64,000 nucleotides of DNA, taken from positions 131,812,001 to 131,876,000 of the forward strand of contig OX597814.1 of assembly GCA_951406725.2 (NCBI GenBank), given 5' to 3'. Positions within the stretch are counted from its first letter, which is position 1; each line of letters begins with the position of its first letter. The notes under the pieces were generated by a model. The model did not search any database. It was not told the origin of the DNA and saw only the letters and a list, made by a program, of their open reading frames with translations. This document shows, piece by piece, positions 47,612-59,400 of the stretch. Made by a program: the position numbers and the translations under genes. Source of the DNA: Octopus vulgaris. Taxonomy: Eukaryota.

Positions 47612-48019
47612 ATAATATGTTACAATTACTCAATAGTCAAGATAAAAATCTGAGTTTCAGATGCCGAAGTGGAAATCCACAACACCATCTCTTCGGTTAT
47701 CTGGCCATCTGAAAAACTCTCCATGTTTTTCGAGTGAAGATGTGTACGTTTTCATAGTGACGTATAAGTACGCACGTGGGTCCGCGAGCGCACATGTGAG
47801 CGTATGACTAGTCATGTTTACGTGTTTACTATGAACTTTTAATGTTAATTTATATAAGTAGCAGAATTATAACACAGTAATCTCCCTTTATATAACGGTA
47901 TTTTTTCATAGCGTTTTTCAGATGGTCAGATAACCGAAGAGATGGTGTTGTGGATTTCCACTTCGGCATCTGAAACTCAGAGTTTTATCTTGACTATTGA
48001 GTAATTGTAACATATTATT
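47611..48019. repeat. Fold-back element with about 107-bp inverted arms (47611-47717 / 47911-48019), each carrying a variant hammerhead
   Basis: 47929-47989: GATAA-CCGAAGA-GATG...CATC-T-GAAA-CTCAGAG-TT-TTATC; mirror copy on the minus strand at 47641-47701. Confidence 0.75.
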
Positions 48020-48090
48020 TTATAGATAAGTTTCCTCTATTTACATAATATTGAGGTCTCTTTCTTTCTTTTGTTATCTTACCGTTTTTA

Positions 48091-48147
<57 letters not shown>

Positions 48148-48252
48148 ACTGTCGACTGAAACTGCGCTTGTGCGGTGAATTTGAAAAATTATAATGTATA
48201 AGGATGAGACACGTGTTATTCGTCTCTTAATTATATATTAGTATTATGGCGC

Positions 48253-48324
48253 GGTCACTGATGAGAAATTTCACCTAGCAAATTATTTTATTTGCTCAAG
48301 AAATTTTGAAATCTAGGTGTGACC
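48253..48324 (+). ncRNA. Type-I hammerhead motif with an extended stem II and a non-cleavable GUG triplet
   Basis: GGTCA-CTGATGA-GAAATTTC..AGCAAAT/ATTTGCT..GAAATTTT-GAAA-TCTAGG-TG-TGACC. Confidence 0.65.
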
Positions 48325-48786
48325 AGATTAAAACAACAAAGTAAAAGTTTTTATTTCTCATTCCGTTTGAAGATTGTTCTTAAATGTGATTTTAATCGTT
48401 TTCACCACTTCTTCTAGCGTGTAAAACTTCCTATATATATATTTTTTAAAAATATATATATACATACAGAAGTACCAATAAAGGTTACAAACCTCATTCA
48501 GGGATAGCAAAAGACTATGAAAATACTGGTTAGTTACTTATATGTTGAGCATTACAGTTAATACTCAAATGTGAAAGCGTGGTAGACAGAGAAACAGGTA
48601 GAGGAGGAGATTGGGAGGGTTGGTTTGAAGAAGGAGGACGCCCAAAACCGGGCATGTTAGTAAGATGGTGTGAGGGCGGCTGCTATGGCATTGAGGTAGA
48701 TCCGGCCACCTCCGTTAATGGGGACAAAACCCAGATTTAAAGCACTGGATGATGATGATGGTGATGATATATATACATATATATAT

Positions 48787-49150
48787 CAAATTAGTAAAGA
48801 AGATGTCAGTTATTAATGCAATACAACCGCTTCAGGCGGCTCCATTTAAATATGGTGCCATCTTCAGTTGCAAAAAATATGGATTTTCAAAATACAAGAT
48901 ATATTGATATAATTTTTCTCAGATTTTTTCTGCTGCAATAGTGGCAACATAGAATTCTTTTACACTTTACCTCTGATAAAATATTTGAGAGAAATTATAT
49001 TAATATATCTTGTCTGTTGAAAATTCATATTTTCTGCAACTGAAGATGGCACTGCATTTAAATTGATGTAATGCTTGCATTGTTCGATTAAACGGAACCG
49101 CGTGAAACGGCCGTAGTGCATTAATACCTGACATCATGTTACTTATTTGA
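48787..49150. repeat. Inverted pair of hammerhead-bearing pLTR-like segments (48817-48872 minus, 49035-49120 plus)
   Basis: The arms are diverged reverse complements; both have TGCAA-CTGAAGA-TGGC...GAA(A/G)-CGG..G-TA-.TGCA. Confidence 0.65.
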
Positions 49151-49236
49151 TTTTATTCAATTGACTTCGAGCTGCAGATAATATCGGACTCACTTGTGCC
49201 TCAACTGAAGTAACTAATTCAACTGAATCTTAATCA

Positions 49237-49280
<44 letters not shown>

Positions 49281-49441
49281 CATTAATAGTTATCATCAAG
49301 CTATTATGGCAGTCCAGAAATATAGGACGAATGCTGCCGTTGATTAGCTCCAAGAGGAGAGGCCATCGCCTCTTATATATACACATACCCCCCCACACAC
49401 ACATACATATATATATGTATATGTGTGTATATATATATATG

Positions 49442-49479
<38 letters not shown>

Positions 49480-49822
49480 CATATATATGTGTGTGCGTAT
49501 GTGCATGTGTGCGTGCGCGTTTGCGTGTGGCTGTTCGCCTGTGAGTTCATGTGTTTGGGAATATGTCTATTTTTCTATTTTTGAATGAAAAAACATTAGT
49601 ACAATAATAACAAATTAGAACAATGAAACCCAATGTTATAGAGATGAGTATCATGTTATAAATATTAGATCAGAAATAACAGTAATAGTGTATTTCTTTC
49701 CCCTTCCTTAAGGTTTCGTCCAATTTCAGGTTTTGCATCAGCAAACAATATTCACGAATTAGAAAGATAAAGTTAGAATATCCCAGTGTATATACATACA
49801 TTATACACAGACACACACACAC

Positions 49823-49879
<57 letters not shown>

Positions 49880-49929
49880 TATATATAAAACTGAATATAT
49901 ATAGCGATGAGTATCGTATTTTCCAATAT

Positions 49930-50330
49930 TGGAGATACATTTAGAATCAATGTGGAGATGGGAGATGTGTAACAAGCAACAACAACAACTTAAAATGCTT
50001 AGAAAGTGGTTCCCACATAAAATTCAAGAGCGGATTCTCGTTCAAAATAAATGCAGATATGAACTGCAAAACACAGAATCTCATATACTGTATTATCTGC
50101 TCCAGCTGCAAGGGAAATTGCATTGGCGAAACAAATAATTCCCTCTGCCAACGTGCAAGAATCCATAGGCAGCATATCCAACAAGGGGAATTACGCAAGA
50201 TTCCATTAAGCAAACATCTGGAAATATCGTTTTCTTTTACAAATGTTCACGGGATGACCTGCAATACCAAAAAGTAATGGAGCTACACTTCATCAAAAAC
50301 TTCTCTCTAAAATTGAATGTTTGAAAGAAA
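49930..50330 (+). mobile_element. Penelope-like GIY-YIG fragment
   Basis: MNCKTQNLIYCIICSSCKGNCIGETNNSLCQRARIHRQHI. Confidence 0.75.
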
Positions 50331-50405
50331 AAGGGAAAATTTGCACTTTTAATACTAAATGTAGCTTCAGTATTGGGAACATGATACTCATCTCTATAAA
50401 TACTC

Positions 50406-50468
<63 letters not shown>

Positions 50469-50924
50469 TGTACCTGTTTATACAAAGTGAACACCAAATT
50501 GTACGTAGCGCTGCATGGATAAATCTAAGGTAAAGATCACAGCAAACAGAAATCGTCAAAAGGAAGATAACACAGCAGCAAACAGGATAAAACAAGATAC
50601 ATGGATCATTCGCAGCCAATTGCTTCTTCAGTCGGAGTTTGGAATGTCTACATAGTTTCGCCAAATCCTTTCTGACACTCCAAGAAACCAGATGGGCCAA
50701 GGGCTTAAGCTGAAGGCTTAAGTCCATGAGAAAGTCCATGAGAAAGGCAAACGAATGTACCTATACAAACACAAGGAAAAAACAAACAGGAAGGGGCTTT
50801 CGAATATCGGACGAACGTAACATAAGAAATAAAATTATACATATACAATGGACAAAAGCCTTTCGGATATACAACAAAAGTAAAATAAAACAGAGTCTTT
50901 CGACTATCAGAGAGTGTAGTATCC

Positions 50925-51795
50925 TAGCGCATAAAATTATCTTCATTGTTTTATCTCCTGTGGGGATGGGTAGATTTTGGATGATAAAGTTGAAGGCTTC
51001 GTTGTTTCTAGGTTTATGTGTGGAGATGTATGGGAGTATTTTAAAGTCTGGTTTAGTATTTCGGTTGACTTCCCTTAATGTTCGTATATCTATTTCCTTA
51101 GCTCGTTTAATGCAATCATTTATTAATGATATTGGGTAATGTCTTTAGATTAATATTGATCTGACTTCAAGGAGTCTTCGTTCACGAGTATAGGTGTCCG
51201 AAACTATGGTACAGATTCTTTTCGCTAGATTATAAGATATATTATTTTTTATGTGTTTGGGTTGCCATGAGCTGAATAATAGGTATTGTTTAGAATCTGT
51301 GGGTTTATAGAAGATGTCTGTTTCGATGTAGTTATTGACTATTTTAATTAGGATGTCAATTAAAGGGAGTTTTTTACTGCTTGCTCCATGGTGAATTGTA
51401 TGTTGTATGTTGCTATTAATATTGTTAAGCATTATTTTGAAATCGAGGAGTTTTCCATGCTGTCTTTCTAAAGTATAAAGCAATCGTCCAAATACCTCTT
51501 CCAGTTCTCGTTTAAACAGCAATGAAATGAGGTGCCATATTTTTGTGGTGATGTTTGATATATTTTAAGCTCTAGGTAACCTATTACAAGGTTCGCAATC
51601 ACTGGAGAAGCTCGTGTTCCCATTGCAATTCCACATTTTTGTCGATAGTAAACTGTATCGAACATGAAATAGTTGTTCAGTTGGATGAATTTGAGTACTG
51701 CGATTATGAATCTGTGGTTGATGCGTCCTGGGATCTCTTCTGGGTATTTTTCTAGCCAGAAGGAGATCGCGTCCATACCATAATCGTGTGGGATA
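50925..51795 (-). mobile_element. Penelope-like RT fragment, same family as 52968-54030 but in opposite orientation
   Basis: YYRQKCGIAMGTRASPVIANL, WKRYLDDCF, YKPTDSKQYLLFSS. Confidence 0.85.
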
Positions 51796-52620
51796 GTCTA
51801 AAGATCCTATAGTGATAGAATGAACAAAATTTCTCCATTCCGTGAGACTGAGAAATATTAATGCTCGTCAGTGGCTCTGACTTAGCGCCTTGGGCTAAAC
51901 TCAACTAGTCAATTTATAAAATTACTGAAGAAATTATACGCTGATTACCTAAACGGTAATCGTGAGAATTATAAATAAGGTTGACTTGTTCGCAATTTTA
52001 CAACAGAAAGACAGAAATAAATGCATTACTAAAGTGACTTAGGGCACTAGTCAGCACTAGTATTGCTAGAAATAAGAGCTAAAACAACTTATAGCCACAA
52101 GAAGCACGTATCTTAATGACTGGCACGGGTGGGAAGCTCACTCAGCCCTTAGGCATAGCCAGATCACAATGATTTCGCAATTATATTAATGCTCGTCGGT
52201 AACTCTCACTTAGCGCCTCTGGTTAAACTCAACTCTCCTGGTCAGCTTATAAGATTATCGTAGAAATCATTCGCTGATTTCCTAAATGATAAGCGTGAGA
52301 ATTATTCACTTAGATCTTTTTTTGAAATTGCCATTACATTCAAATAGTCGATACACATATGGTGACACGAATATCTTTAGCTCTTGCCAGCAATACTCAC
52401 TAATGAGAGATAGATTTTTATCTCATGGTTCGAAATCACGTGATATGAGTACACGTGCAAATTCTTTGTGATTTTCACTCGCTATTGGTAAGTTAGCTTA
52501 TATATTTACTCGATTCCTCGAACTCACCAGTATGTAGAAGTGATAACTATGTTCTTTTGGGTCGTTTTGACTTTTATTTCTAGGAGTGCTGTGTACTATC
52601 TTGTACCATTGATTATGAAT

Positions 52621-52654
<34 letters not shown>

Positions 52655-54395
52655 TAGGGAAAAGTAAAAGGGAAAAAGAGAAAATACACATTGGATATAA
52701 AAAAATAAAGGCTTTTTAATGAAAAGTAACGATAAATAACGATATATATATATAGATGAACTGAAGAAGAATTAAGAGGTATAAAAGTCATTATTTTGAA
52801 TTGTTAAAGAGATTCAAAGTCATACCGGTATCGCCAAAAGCTGTTCACAGGCTTTGAATGAGCACCGATTTCCAAACGGTGTCGAATCTAATAGTCCCTG
52901 AGTCAAAAGATTATATGCAAGGGAGGTAAGCAGTTCTAGAAGTGGCGCAATTAGGGTAGATATAATATGAATGGAAGAGGTACTTAGATGATTGTTTTAT
53001 ACTTTGGAAAGATAGCATGGACAAAATCCCCGATTTCAAAATAATGCTTAACAATATTAATAGTAAAATACAATTCACCATGGAACACAACGATAAACAA
53101 CTTCCTTTTCTTGACATCCTAATGAAAATAGTCAATAACTACATCGAAACAGACATCTATAAAGCCACAGATTCAAAACAATACATATTATTCAACTCAT
53201 GCCACCCCAAACACATAAAAAATTAATATACCTTATGATCCAGCGAAAAGAATCTGAATCATAGTTTCGGACACCAATACTCGTGAACAAAGACTCCTTG
53301 AACTCAGATCAATACTAATCAGGAGACATTACCTAATATCATTAATAAATGATGGGATTAAACGAGCTAAGGAAATAGACATAAGAACATTAAGGGAAGT
53401 CAACCGAAATACTACACCAGACTTAAAAGTACTCCCATACATCTCCACACACAACCCTAGAAACAATGATGCCTTCAGCATCATCATCCAAAATCTACCC
53501 GTTCTCACAGGAGATAAGACAATGAAGAAAATTTTAGGCTTCACAAAATTATGAAGAGCAAAATGCAACCGAAATTATTGAAAGAAATATTAACCAAGGC
53601 AAGACCATATCCATTAACAACGGAACCAAAAGGTGGGGGCATGTGCCTAACTATGGCAAATGGCCCCACCTTTCGGAGGTTATAGACTTCCAATTTAAAC
53701 AAGGTAAAATATTTAAGATAAAATCAAATTTCACCTGTGCCACGGAAAACCTAATCTATGCCATTACCTGCTTAGGTAATCAATATATTGGCCAAACAGG
53801 AATGACACTCCGAAGAAGAACAACTCTTCACAAAGAACAAATCTGCTACCAACAATACAGACAGATACAGGTCAGTGAACACATAGAATGATGTGCTAGG
53901 AACCTTAAACCGCACTTCCTAATTTTCCGTTTCTATCAATGTTCACAGAATACCTCAGTATAGCAAAGAATGAATAAAGAGGCAACTTTCATTAATAAAT
54001 ATTATCCACAATTCAACATGAACGCGTAACATAATACAGGACACTACTAACCTCACCAATAATACCACTAATTTCCATATACCATTCATTTTACAATATT
54101 ATATCTAACCTTATTGCACCACTTCCAGAACTGCTTACCTCCCTTGCATATAATCTTTTTACTCAGGGACTAGTAGACCCTATACCGTTTGGAAATCGGT
54201 GCTCATTTAGAGCTAGTGAACAGCTTTTGACGATACCGGTATGACTTTAAATCTCTTTAACATTTCCAAATAATGACTTTTATACCTCTTAATTCTTCTT
54301 CAGTTCATCTATATATTTATCGTTACTTTTCATAAAAAGCCTTTACTTTTTATATCCAATGTACATTTTCTCTTTTTTTCTTTTTACTTTTCCCC
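52655..54395 (+). mobile_element. 5'-truncated Penelope-like element (52968-54030) flanked by about 300-bp inverted terminal segments
   Basis: WKRYLDDCF...LPFLDI...FTCATENLIYAITC..YIGQTGMTLRRR. 52660-52967 is the reverse complement of 54098-54392. Confidence 0.85.
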
Positions 54396-54431
54396 TATTT
54401 ACACCAGATTTAGTCTCTTTTCTCTTTGAAA

Positions 54432-54490
<59 letters not shown>

Positions 54491-54629
54491 TCCGACGAAC
54501 GGGAACGTAAAACTCTGAGTAAAAGCTTTTGCTATATTTCTGCTACTTTTAAATAAAGCATATTACTCTACCTCTGGTATTTGAGTACTCTTTTTTCCAC
54601 CTTCTTTCACATTTATGTGCTTACTCCGG

Positions 54630-54702
<73 letters not shown>

Positions 54703-54705
54703 ATG

Positions 54706-54769
<64 letters not shown>

Positions 54770-56114
54770 ATTTCTATGAATCCATATGCACACACACACA
54801 TACATGTATATATAATCAATTCAAAGAACGAATGAAAGACAACTGACATAAAAAGAAAATCTTATCGCAAAACACGCTCATATAGCATTATTGCAGAAAA
54901 CATGAACAGATGTATATTTAGCCCATCACCGGAAAGTGAAATATTTCACTAAATTACCCCTTTTCCGCAGTAAATTCCCGTGTACTTTCTAAATGGTTGG
55001 AACTGCAGTTAGGAATTTCTATTTTGGAAGATAATTTAGAAAAAAATATAATTTATTTATTCATTCTTAATACCTTCTGGTAGATTCGAACGTGGATATC
55101 TGACCACTTTTGTGTTTCATCGGAAACATGTTTTCACTTTATAATATGTGTGCTTGTTCACAACACTTGCGATTCACCTGAGTATGGGACATTGTGATTC
55201 CGCTCAGTGTTTGGACCGTGTTGTGTGTCTTTTCAGATAAAGCTACACCATCTATCCAATAAATCTATCAAGAGGATACACACTTTATAGAAATCAGGAA
55301 TTTATTTATTACCGCTTGTGGAAATCTGCCAAACAAATAATAATTTATGGTGTGCACACAGAGTGAGAATCCAAATACAAATATATTCTCAAATAACGAA
55401 AATTAACGGCGATTAAGAACGTGCTAAGAATAGACACATTATAGCTTAGACTCTAGGTTTTTTTTTCATGCATACCCTGAACTAGGAAATTTTTCCTAAA
55501 TATACTATGAAATACTTATAAGCTCCGGTGTTGAACAATTGCTTGTTACACCTTTTTGAGTATTACTAAATTTTGCATAGTTACGTTAATACATATTCCT
55601 TCGCACTGTTTATATATTTGTTAATCAATCAAATCGTAATGTAAATTTCTTGATGACAGTACAAGGTATATTAACTTATACACCTGCGGCGATATAAATT
55701 GTTTTATTTTAATTGTGTAGTTGCTGTGAAACACTTGGAGAGAGAGACTACTCTGAGAGCCAGAAAAAAATTCTATCAATAAATTATATAACATAATAGA
55801 AGTTATAAAGAATACAAAATAATATTGTTACTTCTTTCAGTTCAAGATAAAGGAATTTTGCAATTACAAATATGAACAGTCGTGATAAAATTTAATCCGA
55901 AGTTCACTAAAAGTGGATTTGTGTCAGGCGCAACAATGATTGGACGAAAATGTATAATGCTATGTTAAAATTAGAGAAAATAGGCTAAAGTGCAAATATC
56001 AAAATTTTAGATGACTGTGTCAAGGAGATTTACAGAGACACTTACTGGACTGTGTCGTGGTAGCTCTGAAATTCTATATACTATTAAGTAATATTTCACA
56101 AAGTCCGGATTCAT

Positions 56115-56280
56115 TATATCCCAGGATGTAAAGTGTTCCGTACAATTTAGAGTTCTGCAAATGAATATTTTTAAATCAAATATCTTGTCATTGCATTATG
56201 AATAACATTGTGCGGAAAACCCAAAACTGTATTTCACAACGATATATAATGAGCAAATTGAAAACAATCAATATCATTTA
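56115..56280 (+). promoter_or_regulatory. Core promoter of IL17-like gene 3
   Basis: CCAGGATGT 56121-56129, Rel-like CGGAAAACCC 56213-56222, TTTCACAA at about 56232, TATATAA 56243-56249, TCATT (A at 56276). Confidence 0.68.
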
Positions 56281-56409
56281 GAAGCAAACCACATTAAGAA
56301 ACACGTAGAATATCTTACTGCCTTGTTGTATTACAGACTTACTGCCACACTGCTATCATCTTGCCTTCTGTTTCAAAGAGAACAAACAAACACTACAGTA
56401 AAAATAACG

Positions 56410-59400
56410 ATGGTAAGTAGACTTTAGTTTATGTTATCTGGTCTAATTCTGCAAGTATTTATGAGTTACTCCATATCTACTTGAGTTTTCTGTCTGAAGA
56501 AAAGTGTCGGAAAGAAATGCTTGAGTCTCCAATGATTAAAATATATAGCCTAAAATGACAACTTGTTATACAAAGAAGAATAGCAATGCTACCACTGATT
56601 TCTCTCTTGTTCATTTATCTGCATGCAGGTCTCATTCAGATTTTCACGTTTGAATTGTTCATATTTGTATTATAATAACCAATGTATTATTCGCAATTCA
56701 TACACTGTTCACTCCCTCTCCCCTCTCTCTCTCTCTCTGAACACACACGCAAACGCACACACCTGCACGCACACACAAACACACACACACATTCTTTTAT
56801 ACTTTTATTCTTATACTGGTTTCAGCTAAATGTTGTGGCCACGCTGCCTCTCTACCTTTCAATGTTTTGGGGATCTCTGTTCGGCATTGTTTTTGGTGAA
56901 GAGGCGAGTTGGACGAAGCTTCTCTTCTTTGTGCCTCCTGGTACGGTGTGGGCTCATTGGGATTTCAGATAGCAATTTTTCCAGGTGCTTTTTGTATGTT
57001 TTCACACCTATACTTTGCTGATCCCTTAGGTTCCTTGGCAGGATTGTAAACAGTTATGATCCTCTGAAACCAAAGCTGTCGCAATAATGAGTTCTTATTT
57101 GAGATGAAGACGGTATCTTTGGTATTATGCTGTGCCGTCCAGTTCGGTGTTTGGTATAGCTTTTAATTCCAAAGTTGGGAGCTAGACCTTCGAGGATCTT
57201 CTTTATGTATATGACCACATACCTTTCTCGCAATCTCTCCAGGGAGTAGAGCTTCAGTTATTATAGTCACTCCTAGCAGCTCATCTGTTTCACCGAGTCA
57301 ATTTTCTTTATGTAGTGGCGTTGGATGGCCTCAAGTTCCGCCACCAATTTGGCCATCAGCAGGGACCACACTTGGGAGCAGTAATCCAGACGACTGATTA
57401 CAAATGTCATCCATAAGAGTAGCAAGGTATCTTTATTTCTGGTTCTGAATGATCTAAGGATCCACCCAACTACTCTCCTGCACAGTGTTTCCATCTTGGC
57501 AATATGCACATGGAATGTTGTATAACAACTCATATGGATTCCCGGGCCAGGCACTGATTCTAACTCTGGGATTTCACTGCCCCCTGTCCTATGTATTCCA
57601 ATTGTAGTCTGTTTGTGGACCAATTGCAGAGTGATTGAAACTTATCAGCATTGCCCTGCATGTAATTTTCATCAACCATTTTGTATATTGCATGCAGGTC
57701 ATTTTGCAGTTTTACTTTGTCATCAGGATTGTTAACCGACTGAGACACTTTTGTGTCATCGGCACAGCTGGTGAGAGTGACAGACAGCACGACTGACGGC
57801 ATGTCTGAGAGAACCGCTACAAACAGTAGGGGTCCCAGTTCGGTGTCCTGAGGAGTTCTGCTGCGGTTTGATGTCTTCCCAGAGAGGACACCATTGGCTG
57901 TAACCGCCTGACTTCTGTCCTTTAAAAAATCGTGCAGCCACATTCCCAGTTTTCCATTACACCAAGGACGCGTAGTTTATGATATATTATCCCATGATCG
58001 ACTTTGTCAAAGGGTTTGGAAAAGTTGAGATATATCACATTCACATTTAAGTTGTTGAGCTGCCTATTTTAGAACCCAATCAAAATGTAGTAGCTGTGCA
58101 AGGCAGCTCCTCTCTGGGTGGAAACCATGTTGTGTGTTTCTTCCTCAAATTTCCCATCTTGACTTGAGGCATCAGGTGGGCGACATAGTGTGAATATTAC
58201 CACACCAAGTTGCATTTAATGCACTATGAGTGTCACAGACCGAGTTTGAGTGTGATAACAGTGTTAGTGGTGTAACATCTTCACGGATGTACAATGCAAC
58301 TCCGCCGTGACTTCTTCCCTTCTGTCTGCACGGAGCACAGTATACATTGGTATGTATATTACTTCGTCATTTATATCTGCAGAGATGCGTCTCTGTAAGT
58401 GCAATGCATACCGCTTGATTGCATGCAGAGAGATACCTCAGGTATCCAATTTTTTGATTACTGTTGCTTTGTTTGTTTGTTTATTTGTTTGTTGAGTGAA
58501 GCGGTCTTCGTCCCAGAGCTCGCAAGATCGCGCCTCAGGATTGTCTGTTGTAGGAGAAGTCCGAAACGTGATCCTTTGCTATTCGTAAGACCCGCAGAAG
58601 GGAAAGCAGGTCAATCCCCGACACCGAGAGCATCGACGGATGGATGAATGCGCATCCAGGCTCAGCGGTTGCGTAGGAAGTCGGGGACAAGAAACAGGAA
58701 GAAAGAGTAAGAGAAAGTTGTAGCGAAAAAGTACAACAGGGGTCACCCCCCCCCCTGCCGGAGCCTTGTAGAGGTTTAGGTGTTTTCCCTCAATAAACAC
58801 ACACGACGCCCGGTCTGGGAATCGAAACCGCGATCCTCCGACCGGGAGTCCGCTGCCCTAACCACTGGGCCATTGCGCCTACACTTGCTGTTGCTTTGTA
58901 GGAGGTCTCTAATATTCATTAAGATAATTCTTGCAATTACCGTCTTTGCGGCAATGGAAGCAATCCTGGGTTTATTATTTGTGGCGGTCTTGTATGTAGG
59001 TACATGTGGCTTAGTTGTGTTTCCAACTATGCCAGCTGCTGTGCCATCTTTTGTGCCACGTCTAAAAAACTTTGTTGCTCGATAGTTGCCACTCGCGCTG
59101 CATCTGCATACAGGTTTATGGTCTTAGTTGCAGGCCTGTAGTGTGGAAAGATTTCCTCCGGGCATGGTCGTTTCTTGTCGGAGGTGTGTTTTGCCATGTG
59201 TACCATTCTGCCTGAGCTTTGGATGAGCAAAGCGGCAGTTCGTCCCCATCTCACAATGCGAGCAGATACCTTTAATATGGAATTTACAAATGGTATGTGC
59301 TTCATGTAACGCCATGTTTCTATTTCTCTAAGGCGGTGGGCTGGCAGAAACGTTAGCACGCCGGGCGAAATGCGTAGCCCTATTTTGTCTGCCGTTACGT

